In this document: in pieces, positions 1 through 9,849 of the stretch
How positions within the stretch are numbered: position 1 is the stretch's first letter
Layout of the letters: each line of letters begins with the position of its first letter
IMG/VR virus record: IMGVR_UViG_3300028586_000750
Length of the DNA: 64,000 bases
Origin: a virus
Direction: 5' to 3' (one strand)
Position numbers and translations under genes: made by a program
Notes under the pieces: model-generated
The model's database searches: none
Told to the model about the DNA's origin: nothing
The model's input: the letters and a program-made list of their open reading frames with translations, nothing else

Positions 1-582
1 ATGGTTACTGTTTACCGCTCTGGTGGCTTATTGTCTGTGGACGAGCTAAGCAATGATAGTGCTGTGTGGTTTGATGCGCAGAGTTCACGTTGGTTAGCTT
101 TTGGTGATGTTGCGCGTTCCCGTACGGTGTTCTCTTCTATGTTTGTGGAGGATGCTTGGTTCTGGGCTGAGCGTCGTATGCATAGTGGGGATGATGCTAC
201 TATCTGGGCTATTGAGGTTCCTGATGAGGTTGTTCTTAAGGCGTACCGTTTTGCGCGTTACGATGATGTGATGCGTGCTAGGGATGCTGGGGAGGATTAC
301 TCTTGGGAACTTGGTGCTTACTGGGGTAGTGGGACGGACGTTTCACATTGGGTTAAGATGTGGTCCCGCTTGTTTGAGGGTTACGAGTTCTCCGGTGATT
401 GGGAGGTCTTAGTGGACGCTGATGTGGCTGCTAAGGCTACTTGGTCTGTGGTGCATTCTCATGATGAGGTTGTGCGTATCCTTGATGAGTTCCCTGCGTC
501 TACTCTTGATAACTCTTTTGTTCCTTACCCTGATGATTGGGATGATGGTATGGATAGTTGGGATGAGTTAGCTTCTGTGTAA
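1..582 (+). CDS. Hypothetical protein (may be truncated at the window edge)
   Basis: 193-aa ORF followed by a terminator hairpin at about 587-631; no family recognised. Confidence 0.7.
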   Translation: MVTVYRSGGLLSVDELSNDSAVWFDAQSSRWLAFGDVARSRTVFSSMFVEDAWFWAERRMHSGDDATIWAIEVPDEVVLKAYRFARYDDVMRARDAGEDYSWELGAYWGSGTDVSHWVKMWSRLFEGYEFSGDWEVLVDADVAAKATWSVVHSHDEVVRILDEFPASTLDNSFVPYPDDWDDGMDSWDELASV

Positions 583-734
583 GGGAGAGTTTTTCAGGTT
601 TTGGCGGATATACCTGAAACTTGAAAAACTCTTGTGGTTCTTTATTTCACGGGTAGTCTTACTTTTCTGTGGATATGAGTAATGCCCCGCTGGCTGTGAT
701 AGCTGGCGGGGCATTACTTTTTAACGGTTGAGAT

Positions 735-923
735 TTACTGTCCGTTAATCATGTTGATTATGGCTAGCTCTTCGTCGGGACCGTTTGCGGTGGCGAGTAG
801 GTGAGTGAGGGAGCAACGGTATACCTCGTTATCAGTGAGGTCTGAACCTGTGGTGGATAGCTCTAGCTGTTGGTGTCGTGTTGTGTCGCCTGCTAGTAGT
901 TGGTCAACGTTTGTGGTAGGGAT
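735..923 (-). CDS. Small hypothetical protein with ATC start, or a start-mutated pseudogene
   Basis: TTAGGAGAACATC RBS is followed by ATC where the consensus has ATG; 62 open codons; in-frame TAG just upstream. Confidence 0.5.
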   Translation of the reverse strand: MPTTNVDQLLAGDTTRHQQLELSTTGSDLTDNEVYRCSLTHLLATANGPDEELAIINMINGQ

Positions 924-950
924 GATGTTCTCCTAATATTTTTGATTGGG

Positions 951-1118
951 TTACTTGGTGGTTTTTGCGGGAAGTGTAGCGAGGACGATAAGTGCGACGA
1001 TGAAGCAGACGGTTTTGAGTGTTGCGCTGATGATGACTGTCAGCCCGGTAATTTCGGTGGGAAGCAGGGCGAAGATGATTGCTAGGGCGAGGACGCTAAG
1101 GATGATGCGGTTCTTCAT
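951..1118 (-). CDS. Small two-TM membrane protein
   Basis: MKNRIILSVLALAIIFALL...; GGGAGAAC RBS; not in the ORF track. Confidence 0.7.
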   Translation of the reverse strand: MKNRIILSVLALAIIFALLPTEITGLTVIISATLKTVCFIVALIVLATLPAKTTK

Positions 1119-1376
1119 TTTGTTCTCCCGTTTTGTTTAACCTGTTTGCTTTATGTTTTCAGTGTACAGCGTTTGGTTAAAAAGTGCAACTGTGATTAAA
1201 AAATTTTTTGGCAGGGGTAGTGTAACTCCGGCTGGTTCACTTTCTAATGTACATGCTTTGATGCGAGGGTGCAAGTCTAGGTGGAGCAGAAGTTAAAAAC
1301 TTTTTGACAATGAGAAGCGCCCCGTACGGTATAGACATGTACGGGGCGCTTTATAAAGTTTTAAGCTGAATGCGAA

Positions 1377-1562
1377 TTATGCTGCTTCGTCAAAAAGCTT
1401 GACCATGAATGCAATGGCGAAGAGGCATCCGGTTCCGAGAAGAACCCAACCGGTGATGAAGAAAGTCTGAGCGGAAGCAGCGGGAGCAACCGTCTGACCG
1501 AAGCAGGCAATGCCTGCAACGTAGAGAGCAAGGGCGATGGAAGCGAAGATGACCTTGAACAT
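1377..1562 (-). CDS. Small two-TM membrane protein
   Basis: Hydrophobic 61 aa; TAGGAGAAAATC RBS; own promoter and terminator. Confidence 0.75.
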   Translation of the reverse strand: MFKVIFASIALALYVAGIACFGQTVAPAASAQTFFITGWVLLGTGCLFAIAFMVKLFDEAA

Positions 1563-1575
1563 GATTTTCTCCTAA

Positions 1576-1652
1576 AGACTGTGTGGTTTGGGTTGTTCCC
1601 TTGCCGTTGGTTCAAGTATGACACACCCTGTTGCAGTGCGCAACACAAAAGG
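1576..1652 (-). promoter_or_regulatory. Promoter plus conserved 5' leader module (AACGGCAAGGGAACARCCCAARCCACACAG)
   Basis: TTGCGC-17-CATACT followed by the leader; near-identical copies at about 1925-1990, 22742-22810, 23303-23370 and 23672-23740. Confidence 0.8.
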
Positions 1653-1733
1653 CAGAAAACTTTTTGACAATGAGAAGCACCCCGTACAGTGCAGACATGT
1701 ACGGGGTGCTTCGGTACAACTTTTGGGTGATTA

Positions 1734-1910
1734 TTAGTCAGCGTCAACGAGGAACGGCGTTGCTACGGCGCTGACAAAGAAGAAGACCGCGAAGAGAGCG
1801 GCGACGATACCCAGAGCGAGCACCCCGCTACCGAAACCGACGAGGGAGAAGAAAGCTGCAATGGCCGTAGCGATGAGGCAGACGGTGACGAGGAAGATGA
1901 TGTGCGCCAT
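1734..1910 (-). CDS. Small two-TM membrane protein
   Basis: MAHIIFLVTVCLIATAIAAFFSLVGFG...; TAGGAGCACATC RBS; same cassette layout as 1377-1562. Confidence 0.75.
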   Translation of the reverse strand: MAHIIFLVTVCLIATAIAAFFSLVGFGSGVLALGIVAALFAVFFFVSAVATPFLVDAD

Positions 1911-2049
1911 GATGTGCTCCTAAGACTGTGTGGTTTGGGTTGTTCCCTTGCCGTTGATTTAAGTATGGCACACCCTGTTGCAGTGCGCAACACAAAAGGC
2001 AGAAAGTTTCTGAAAATGAGTTCAAAAACTTTCTGCCTTGAAGTGTTTA

Positions 2050-2211
2050 TTAGAGGCGTCCGTTGAAGGGGTACTTAGCGGGGTCTTGCTCGTATCCTTC
2101 TCGGGGCTTGAAGTCGCGCAGTCCACCGGGGAGGTCATCGTAGGATGCTCGGTCAGCGGGGTCGTAGTGGTGAACCCAGGGGATAGGGTCAAGCTTAGGC
2201 GAGACGGACAT
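2050..2211 (-). CDS. Small hypothetical protein
   Basis: MSVSPKLDPIPWVHHYDP..., 53 aa, C-ending codon style. Confidence 0.55.
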   Translation of the reverse strand: MSVSPKLDPIPWVHHYDPADRASYDDLPGGLRDFKPREGYEQDPAKYPFNGRL

Positions 2212-2448
2212 TTTAGAGGTTAATCTTTCTGATGAGCGGAAGTGGATTTGCTGGTGGGGTTAGTTGTTTACAATGAGGATGTTTTACTCACATGCAAGTC
2301 AGTAAGTTGCTTTTCTTCTATTGATGACAGTACACGGTTTATAGGTTGCAGTCAAGCATCTGAGTTAACCAAAAGTTTTTAAGAATCGGCCACATACAAA
2401 CTAAGGGTGTGCTCTTATCTAGAGCACACCCTTAGTGGTGAAGATTAC

Positions 2449-2721
2449 TTAACTGAATGAGACGGACAATGTTTCGCGCTGCGCAATGTCGCATTGTGCG
2501 TTGTGCACTGCAAGGGCTTTCCTAAATCCATCATTGTATGACAGGCGGTAAAGGTCTGCGAAGTCTGTATTGGTCTTCTCGTATTTGTTGCTGTAGCTGC
2601 TTTCTTTATATCCACTAGAAAGCGTGTATTGGTATCCTGCTTCGTATCCGTCGCGTTTTCCTTCTTTGGAAACACTAGAGGCAGTTTTGGGCATTAACAG
2701 ATTTTTCAGGAAACGCAACAT
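2449..2721 (-). CDS. Hypothetical protein (GY-x-AG...Y-x-x-GF family)
   Basis: Similar by eye to 5380-5694 and 14870-15181. Confidence 0.65.
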   Translation of the reverse strand: MLRFLKNLLMPKTASSVSKEGKRDGYEAGYQYTLSSGYKESSYSNKYEKTNTDFADLYRLSYNDGFRKALAVHNAQCDIAQRETLSVSFS

Positions 2722-2865
2722 TATGGTATATCCTCATCTAGAGTGATAGTTTTTACTTTTAGCTAAATTGGTTAGCTAATACGTCTAGCTTATCAGATTG
2801 TGTTAGTACATGCAAGAAGGGAGCTAAACTTTTTAGGTTTAGCTCCCTTCTTGCAGTGTTAGCTT

Positions 2866-3117
2866 TTAGTCTCCGAAGATGGTGACTTTGACTTCCCAGT
2901 TCTGGCCGTCCTCCGAGACAGTGACGCTATCCACGGTGTTGACCATTTCGCTAGTGGGGAGTTCCTTGTGGAGCTTCTTCACGGCGAGGTCTGATGCCTT
3001 CTTCTCCGTGTCCACGAGGGGGATTGCCGCGATAGTGGCGATGTTGGGGACCACTGCGCTGAGGGCAGTAATGTCGGCACGGGTGATACGGGGAATGGTT
3101 ACGGTCGTGGTGTACAT
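2866..3117 (-). CDS. Hypothetical protein
   Basis: GGAGG RBS precedes the ATG at 3117 (MYTTTVTIPR). Confidence 0.7.
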   Translation of the reverse strand: MYTTTVTIPRITRADITALSAVVPNIATIAAIPLVDTEKKASDLAVKKLHKELPTSEMVNTVDSVTVSEDGQNWEVKVTIFGD

Positions 3118-3266
3118 TGTATCCTCCATTGCTGAATGTCTGATTGTGTCATTTAAGTGTACCAGCGTTTAGACGCAATTGCAACTGTTTGCGGAAAAGA
3201 TTTTTGGTATGCGTAAAGCCCTAACCTTTTCTTTAGGTTAGGGCTTTACGGTTTGTGTTGCGGGTA

Positions 3267-3389
3267 TTAGCTGAAATATATGGGTGTCTTTGTTTCGTTG
3301 TCTCCCTTGGTGGGTTCAAAGAAAGCGAAGAAGCTGAGAATTCTGCGGTAGGTGTAGTGGATTGCGTTGCGGATGAAGAACAGGTCCAT
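3267..3389 (-). CDS. Small hypothetical peptide
   Basis: AAGGAACTATC-ATG; MDLFFIRNAIHYTY..., 40 aa. Confidence 0.55.
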   Translation of the reverse strand: MDLFFIRNAIHYTYRRILSFFAFFEPTKGDNETKTPIYFS

Positions 3390-3608
3390 GATAGTTCCTT
3401 TGCGGTTGATGTAGCACTATGTGAATACATTCATTCTAACGCGTTACGGTTCTATACGCAATACGCAAGCCTAAGTTGTTCGAAAGTTTTTAAACAAGTA
3501 TGTGCGGGTTGGAACTTAATGTAAGTTCCAACCCGCACATTTTGCGACTAACTGCAAAGTCTGCGTTTCCGCTCAGCGTGATTACTGTCTACGCGAAGAC
3601 GGACAATG

Positions 3609-3896
3609 TTAGACGTTGGCGTACAGGGTGGCGAACTGGTTGAGGTTCACGGGTCGCTGCATCTTGTTTCCGATTTTGACGAGGTACTGCTTACGGTTGA
3701 AGAACATGCGACCTGCGGAGGAAGGGGTGCCACCAATGGGATACAGCACGTTGAGCTTCGTACCGGTACGGTCGTCGCTGAGCGGGGTGGACGTGTAACC
3801 GCTGTCAGTCAGGAAGTTGGCAACGTCAGCCTGCGTTGCGGTGGAGAGGTCAAGGGCGGTGATGACGCGGGTCTGGATGTGGTTGATGACAGACAT
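3609..3896 (-). CDS. Hypothetical protein
   Basis: CAGGAAAAAATC-ATG (MSVINHIQ); promoter TTGCAA-17-TATAGT. Confidence 0.7.
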   Translation of the reverse strand: MSVINHIQTRVITALDLSTATQADVANFLTDSGYTSTPLSDDRTGTKLNVLYPIGGTPSSAGRMFFNRKQYLVKIGNKMQRPVNLNQFATLYANV

Positions 3897-4050
3897 GATT
3901 TTTTCCTGACGTTCTTGGGGAGGCTGTTCCTCCCTGCTGAACTCAACTATACACATGACTGCGCTAGATTGCAAGTTTTTGCTGGAGATTAAAAAGTGTG
4001 ACCCCCTTACTTGGAGAATAGTAAGGGGGTCACACTTTTTAAATATTTGT

Positions 4051-4329
4051 TTATGCGTTGCGGAGTGCTTTACGAACGGCCCTGCGAATGCGAAGCCTGT
4101 TGATGAGGCCGTGCGGGTTCTCAGCATTGAGGTTCTGAACCACTGCAACGGAATTGCTGTACCTGATAATTACGGCATTCCATGTGTTGGGGAATTCGTC
4201 CAGGTTGGTGGAATGGCGAATGAAGCAGTCCCAACCTTCGGAGCGAGTCATTCCGTAGCTCTCGATGAGGTTACCGAGGAAAGTAAGCGTTTCGCCGTTA
4301 CGAAGCATCTGCTGTGTCTTGTAAGTCAT
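4051..4329 (-). CDS. Hypothetical protein
   Basis: AAGGAAAAC RBS; shares the TATAGTTGAGTTCAG promoter module with its neighbours. Confidence 0.7.
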   Translation of the reverse strand: MTYKTQQMLRNGETLTFLGNLIESYGMTRSEGWDCFIRHSTNLDEFPNTWNAVIIRYSNSVAVVQNLNAENPHGLINRLRIRRAVRKALRNA

Positions 4330-4479
4330 GACGTTTTCCTTAGCGTGTGTGAGGGAGGCTGTTCCTTCCTGCTGAACTCAACTATACACACTGCTGGTAG
4401 GAAAGGCAACTCTTGGACTAAAAAGTTGAACCCCTCACTTGGTAAGTTTTTAGTGAGGGGTTCAACTTCGTTGAAAACT

Positions 4480-4632
4480 TTACTTGGTGTCAGCCTTCTT
4501 GGTAGCTTCCGTGCTGCCCGGCTGAACGCCGAAAATGCTGGGGAGGCCGAGGGCGCGGCGGTAGCTGCCACGGTAGATGCGCTCGTGAACTGCCTGAGTG
4601 CGGGGGGTGGCGTTTACCTGAGTGCTGGGCAT
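4480..4632 (-). CDS. Small basic hypothetical protein
   Basis: TAGGAGAACATC-ATG; MPSTQVNATPRTQAVHERIYRG..., 50 aa. Confidence 0.65.
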   Translation of the reverse strand: MPSTQVNATPRTQAVHERIYRGSYRRALGLPSIFGVQPGSTEATKKADTK

Positions 4633-5021
4633 GATGTTCTCCTAAGGCTATGGGAAAAGACTGTTCTTTTCTACTGAACTCAACTATACACATGGCTGGC
4701 AGGTAAAGCAACTAGTGGATTAAAAAAGTTGAACCCTTCACTTGGATAAATTTCCAGGTGAGGGGTTCAATAGTTTTTAAAGCACGAAGTTAGGGGCGCA
4801 GACCGTCGCAGTATGCCATGTAGTAACGGTGAAGGCTCTTGCCGTTCTCCGTAAGCTCGGGAACGCTAGCTGCCTTCATGGCCTTCCACTCTTGGAACGT
4901 CAGCATAATTTTATTCTCTTCCTGTTATTTGTTTAGTAGTGGTTGTTGAGATAAGGCTACCTCAATTTTGGTGTTGGTGCAAGCTTTTGGTGAAACTAAT
5001 TTTCCCGGTAGGACAGTTGGG

Positions 5022-5282
5022 TTACTCGGTGCGAACGCGAATTCGCGTTACAGCGAGGAAGAGGACACCGAAGAGGATGAGAGCGATGGGGAGAACGGTC
5101 CAACCGCTGGTGAAGCCCATGATGACACCGCTGACGATTGCGATGAACGGAAGCAGAGCCATGATGAAACCGAAGAGCATGATGAAAGGTGCCAGGATGA
5201 GGATGATAGCCATACCAGCCTTAGCCTTGTTACCGGTGAGAAGCGTGCGCTGGCCGTTACGGTGGGTGCGGTAGACGTTCAT
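5022..5282 (-). CDS. Two-TM membrane protein
   Basis: Long hydrophobic stretches; GGAGAACACC RBS. Confidence 0.7.
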   Translation of the reverse strand: MNVYRTHRNGQRTLLTGNKAKAGMAIILILAPFIMLFGFIMALLPFIAIVSGVIMGFTSGWTVLPIALILFGVLFLAVTRIRVRTE

Positions 5283-5379
5283 GGTGTTCTCCGTAGTCTA
5301 GGTGGGCTGGTGTTTCCTGCCCTGATGTTTTTAGTCTATGTGGTCACGGCAGGAAACGCAAGTTGTTTTTCCAAATTTT

Positions 5380-5694
5380 TTACCGGCTGGTGAGAATTTT
5401 CTTGTGAGCTTTAAGCATTGCTTCTGCGCGAGTGAGATTACCTTCGACCTGGCCAAGAACGAAGCTTCTATCATACGAGTTCCTACGAGCAGCATCCGTA
5501 TAAGGGTTAGCTTGTATCTTACCCTGCTGGGTTCCTGAACCTACAAGGAAACCGGCTGCGTAGCCTTCTTTACGTGCAGGACGAGTTTTGATGCAACGGG
5601 CAATGAGGTAGACAGTGGTAATGATGATTACGGCGATACCAACCATAGCGAATAGGTAACCCGTAAGAACTCCGTTTGACATTCGTTTCTCCAT
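5380..5694 (-). CDS. Membrane-anchored hypothetical protein
   Basis: N-terminal TM, then GYAAGF...YDRSFVLG; similar to 14870-15181. Confidence 0.7.
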   Translation of the reverse strand: MEKRMSNGVLTGYLFAMVGIAVIIITTVYLIARCIKTRPARKEGYAAGFLVGSGTQQGKIQANPYTDAARRNSYDRSFVLGQVEGNLTRAEAMLKAHKKILTSR

Positions 5695-5870
5695 ATCCTG
5701 GCGTAGCTTATTGATTGCAGTTTATATGTTATGACAATGAATAGTCAAGCTGTTTAGGAAGAAATATCCTATATTATTCTTGTCTTTTTGTGGACACAGT
5801 TTTGAAAAGATTTTGTGTCCATTTGGAGACAAGGGGTGCTTTTAGGTTTTCGTTGTGTTACAGTGAAACT

Positions 5871-6206
5871 ATGAACAAGTTCAGCGTTTACGTCCCGCTC
5901 ACTGGCAAGCGTGAGGCCCTCCTGTCTTACTTCCTGTCCGGAGCCAACTTCCTGTACAAGTTCGAGAACTACGTGTCCACGACTGAGTGCGATGTTTCCG
6001 CTACCGAAGAGGACGTGTCTGGTGTTGGTGGTGGCCTTGCTGCTCGTCTGATGCTTTCAGGCGAGCGTGAGCGTGACATGGAGGTTCATTCCGCTGATGA
6101 CGTTTACGAGGTCCGCGATGAGGAAAACGACCTTCTTGGATGGGAGGTCGTTGTTTACGAGAGCTTCTACGACGACAACATGGTTTTTGACTACGACCTT
6201 CTCTAA
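5871..6206 (+). CDS. Hypothetical protein (leaderless; paralog of 6869-7183)
   Basis: TACAGT-6nt-ATG; MNKFSVY...GWEVVVY. Confidence 0.75.
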   Translation: MNKFSVYVPLTGKREALLSYFLSGANFLYKFENYVSTTECDVSATEEDVSGVGGGLAARLMLSGERERDMEVHSADDVYEVRDEENDLLGWEVVVYESFYDDNMVFDYDLL

Positions 6207-6404
6207 ATAGCTCAACTTTTTAAAGTGCCCTTACTGCGGAACATGTAGTGAGGGCACTTCTGTTTTAGACAAACTATCTTGCTTCTTAAGAGTAGGTACT
6301 TTTCTTTTGGATAGTTCTGTACAAAAGGTTGCAACCGGTTGCAAGAACAGATATACTTGAATTATCAGGGAGGAAAAGCTTCCCTAAGAACTTAGGAGCA
6401 CATT

Positions 6405-6737
6405 ATGTCGGTTGTCACCCTTTCCTTGGTCATCCTTCCCGAAGAGCTTACAGAGTATCTTGACGAAGCGTCGATTTTAACTACTGATGAGAAGAAGGAA
6501 ATTCTTGATACCTTTAAGGACACTGAGCGAGTGTTCTTTACGGGTCAAGTTTCTAAGCTTCCCAATGCCACGTTTTCTCGCATGACTGGTGATGATGGAA
6601 TTAAGTATGATGTGATTGATTTCACCATCACTAGCCGTTATATCATTAGTGGTGAGTATTGGATTGAGGGCGACCGCTTTCGCATCAACCTCACACAGTT
6701 TACTCGTGACCTTTCTTCCAGTGTTTTGGGTCAGTGA
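6405..6737 (+). CDS. Hypothetical protein (paralog of 12460-12780)
   Basis: TAGGAG RBS; SRYII...FRINLTQF motif shared. Confidence 0.75.
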   Translation: MSVVTLSLVILPEELTEYLDEASILTTDEKKEILDTFKDTERVFFTGQVSKLPNATFSRMTGDDGIKYDVIDFTITSRYIISGEYWIEGDRFRINLTQFTRDLSSSVLGQ

Positions 6738-6868
6738 ATTTCATCCGCTGAAGTCTTAAAAAAGACTAAGTTTTTTAAAGCCCCACTGCATATAAGTTAT
6801 GTGCAGTGGGGCTTAGCTTATGGGAAAAGACACTTGATAAAACGCAGTCTTACTGCTATTGTGAGATT

Positions 6869-7183
6869 ATGATGAATAAGTTCAGTGTTTATATCCCAGT
6901 GCACGGGCAGAGAGATACCGTTGTTGCGCAGTTTGATGGGCGGCGCTCTGCGACCGTCCTTGACCACATTGTATCCTCACAGACTGCTGCTGCAAATAGT
7001 TCTGAGGCTGAGGTCTGTTCCATTGCCGAGGATTTTGCTTGGGCTAAGGCTTTGAGGTACCAGGGTGGGGGTCATAACGATATCCTTGAAGTTGATGGGG
7101 CTTACGAGTTATTTGACGACAAGTACGAGGACGGCCCTGTTGGATGGGAAGTCGTTCTGTACAGCGGAGTTTCCGAAGAGTAA
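6869..7183 (+). CDS. Hypothetical protein (leaderless; paralog of 5871-6206)
   Basis: TTGATA-17-TATTGT-6nt-ATG; MMNKFSVY...GWEVVLY. Confidence 0.75.
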   Translation: MMNKFSVYIPVHGQRDTVVAQFDGRRSATVLDHIVSSQTAAANSSEAEVCSIAEDFAWAKALRYQGGGHNDILEVDGAYELFDDKYEDGPVGWEVVLYSGVSEE

Positions 7184-7338
7184 CTAGCTTCTATTAAAAA
7201 TTGCGTGTGTTTGCTTCTAAGCGAAGTGAGTACACGCAATTTCTCTGTGATGAGTTATCCGTTTTTGGTTGCTTATTCCTGATGCATGTAGTAGGCTTTG
7301 TTCTATAAGCTTTTCACCTATTGAGAGAGTTGGATGTT

Positions 7339-7644
7339 ATGAAGGTTTTTGAGCGTGTCAATGGTCGTTGGACTATCACGGCTGACACACTTCGTATTGA
7401 GGAAGTGACTAAAAGCGCGGTCACCGGGCGTGAATATGCGACTACGCTTCTTAGCAACGGTAGAAGCGTCTACGTGATTTGTGAGAATGACACTCACCTG
7501 TACTTCTACACGAGCAAGGGTCGACGTGGCGTTCGCATTTCCCCTAACACTGTTCTTAACTTCTACGTGGACGGTGAACTAGTTGCTGAGGTTGACCACG
7601 AGTGGGCTAAGGAATTTGATGTTGTCCGTGAGCCTGTAGCATAA
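7339..7644 (+). CDS. Hypothetical protein
   Basis: MKVFERVNG...; terminator at about 7660-7697. Confidence 0.65.
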   Translation: MKVFERVNGRWTITADTLRIEEVTKSAVTGREYATTLLSNGRSVYVICENDTHLYFYTSKGRRGVRISPNTVLNFYVDGELVAEVDHEWAKEFDVVREPVA

Positions 7645-7773
7645 GGCACATAAGCCAAAGAGAGGCAGTTACCCTTTATAGGTAACTGCCTCTCTTCTTT
7701 GTATCTGGCACTAAGTGTTATAGGTATAAGGACGGACGTTTTTACTTAACTTTTCGCAGTATCGCTAAAGCCT

Positions 7774-8097
7774 CTACTGTGGGGTATCCGCACTACTGTC
7801 ACTTCTCACTCTTGAATGATTGAGGCTAGGAAGTTTTTGATTATGCAGAGGAAAATTAGGTTGACGCTCAAGATTACGTTTGTGTCGCTCTGCGTTCAAT
7901 TGACGAGCACGCGCATAACGGACGCGTTCAATTTTTAGATACTGCTCATGAAGTTCTGCTGCTACACGTAGTTTCTCTTGATGCCTATGCCAAATGTTTT
8001 TAACGACTAGGTACACTATGGCAAGCGCTAAAGAAATGACTATGACTTGGTAAGGGTAAGGATAGGCGTAGGTGGAAACGGATTGCGCTGTATCCAT
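7774..8097 (-). CDS. Single-TM hypothetical protein
   Basis: TM followed by a basic coiled-coil-like segment; abuts the stop of 8098-8238. Confidence 0.6.
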   Translation of the reverse strand: MDTAQSVSTYAYPYPYQVIVISLALAIVYLVVKNIWHRHQEKLRVAAELHEQYLKIERVRYARARQLNAERHKRNLERQPNFPLHNQKLPSLNHSRVRSDSSADTPQ

Positions 8098-8238
8098 TTA
8101 TCGCACCTTGTCTTTTGTAACGAGGATTTCGTTATCTGCACGGTCTTTGAGGATGTAGGCTCCCCATCTGGTCTTACGAGCAACTTCGTGGATACGGACC
8201 CATTTGCCGTTTCCTTTGATGTACCATGTGGGTTGCAT
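8098..8238 (-). CDS. Small hypothetical protein
   Basis: GAAGGT-ATA-ATG; MQPTWYIKGNGKWVRIHEV..., 46 aa. Confidence 0.55.
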   Translation of the reverse strand: MQPTWYIKGNGKWVRIHEVARKTRWGAYILKDRADNEILVTKDKVR

Positions 8239-8590
8239 TATACCTTCTTCTTTAATGGGGACAGTTATCTGCTTCTAGCATACCGCTTTTGTGTTCCTTT
8301 CGCAACTACTTTTTTGGCGACATGATTTCATCTGCTTTTACGGTTTTCATGTCTGCGGTTGGGAGTTCGTGCCCCTTTTCATGTCGGTGATCTTAAGTTA
8401 GATCCTCGTTCGCTCTTTTGTTTTGCGTTGCGTTAAAAACTTTGCGTGTTTGCGGTTTCAAATGTTGCGGGAGTTTTATCCTGCGTGCTCCGTTTAACTT
8501 TCGAACTTGTTCTGAACTGCGGTCCACTGCTGCTCTTCACTGCTGATTACAATTCCTGGGTACTTTGATGTTTGCTGCTAGAATTGCGTT

Positions 8591-8851
8591 ATGGACACTA
8601 CTTCTAATTTTGCTAAAAAACTTGATGCTTTAATTGAAAGCTCTGGCTCTTATGGGACAGAATCGCAAGTTAAGCTTTTAACGCCGGAGTTGCCAGCCCG
8701 TGCTGCGGTGGAGGTTGCCTTCATTGATGCAAATGCTCGTAAGGAAGTTGCTCGCATCCAAGCTTTAGGGGAAGCATTGCGTTCACCTGCTGTTGTTAAA
8801 GATCCTGAGTTAGCTAAAAAAATCTTGGCTGCTCTAGGTGTAGAGGTCTAA
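8591..8851 (+). CDS. Hypothetical protein (leaderless; paralog of 20068-20322)
   Basis: TAGAAT-6nt-ATG; shared C-terminal SPAV-x-x-DP-x-L-x-x-x-IL-x-x-LGV. Confidence 0.75.
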   Translation: MDTTSNFAKKLDALIESSGSYGTESQVKLLTPELPARAAVEVAFIDANARKEVARIQALGEALRSPAVVKDPELAKKILAALGVEV

Positions 8852-8934
8852 GCTGCGGCGTATCTTTTTAACGGGAGTATACGTAAAGGGGCGGTAACCG
8901 AATTAGTTTCGGTTACCGCCCCTTCTGTTATAAA

Positions 8935-9231
8935 TTAGTTCCTGCGTGAGTTAGGGTCATGTGGCTTCGCTACACCTTCTAGTGCTTTAGCGATACATGC
9001 TTCAATGCCGTCTTCGTATTTGTGTTGGAAGATGAACCCGTTATCCCATTCGTTGTTGCTGGGGTAATCAATTGTGTATTGGCGTCCACCTGGTAAACGG
9101 CGGGTGTCTGATGTGCGTACTACCGCTGAGTAGGTGTTTAGGCTCTCTGGGTTAGCTGAGCCTTCTATCCTGCCAATGTGTAAGGTTTCAATTGGGCGAC
9201 CGTTGACTTCAATATAAACTTGGATGGGCAT
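8935..9231 (-). CDS. Hypothetical protein
   Basis: 98 aa with TAGGAA RBS, bounded by a terminator. Confidence 0.7.
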   Translation of the reverse strand: MPIQVYIEVNGRPIETLHIGRIEGSANPESLNTYSAVVRTSDTRRLPGGRQYTIDYPSNNEWDNGFIFQHKYEDGIEACIAKALEGVAKPHDPNSRRN

Positions 9232-9344
9232 GATGTATTCCTAGGTAAGACGGACAATGTTTTATCCTATGTTTATCTTACTGCATTGAATGCAAGTTGT
9301 CAAGGAAATAGGCGTTACTTCACAATATGAAGTAACGCCTATTT

Positions 9345-9509
9345 TTAACGAATGCTGAAATAACGAGCGTCGTGGTTCTCTCGCTCTACATTGCGCTGCG
9401 CTCGGTCTGCACGGAACTTGGTTACTGCTCGCTGAGCACGGAGAGTTGCTGCTGCTCGCGCGTAACGAGCATCACGCTGTGCTCGGTCAGTTTGGGGAAA
9501 AATTTTCAT
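9345..9509 (-). CDS. Small Arg/Ala-rich helical peptide
   Basis: MKIFPQTDRAQRDARYARAAA..., 54 aa. Confidence 0.6.
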   Translation of the reverse strand: MKIFPQTDRAQRDARYARAAATLRAQRAVTKFRADRAQRNVERENHDARYFSIR

Positions 9510-9535
9510 GATTTACCTTGTCTGCTTGTACTTTG

Positions 9536-9715
9536 TTAAAAAGTGTCCATGTTGATTGCACCGGACTTGACAGCGATGAATGCGAGGGGGAGTGCAACGA
9601 TGGGAATGATTACCCATGCGAACACTGCGGTGACGCCAAAGGCGAGGAAGATGAAGTAGAACGCTGCAATGAATGCAACAGCAAATCCGACGAAGCTGCG
9701 GATGAAAAGCTCCAT
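9536..9715 (-). CDS. Small two-TM membrane protein
   Basis: AGGGAGAACATC-ATG (MELFIRSF). Confidence 0.7.
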   Translation of the reverse strand: MELFIRSFVGFAVAFIAAFYFIFLAFGVTAVFAWVIIPIVALPLAFIAVKSGAINMDTF

Positions 9716-9849
9716 GATGTTCTCCCTAAGTTTGTGCGCCTTGCTTGATATCTCTACTATACACAAATTGCAGACGTTTAACAAGTGTCTTTAAAAAGAC
9801 GTATTACCTCACCGGAATTAATTGGTGAGGTAATACGTTTAGGAGTTAC

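Noticed and set aside
3955-4677. Long track ORFs antisense to real genes (e.g. 3955-4677 +, 10066-10629 +, 40311-40889 +, 49224-50033 -)
   Set aside because: They are shadow frames over genes with clear RBS, promoter or family motifs, and some run through terminators.
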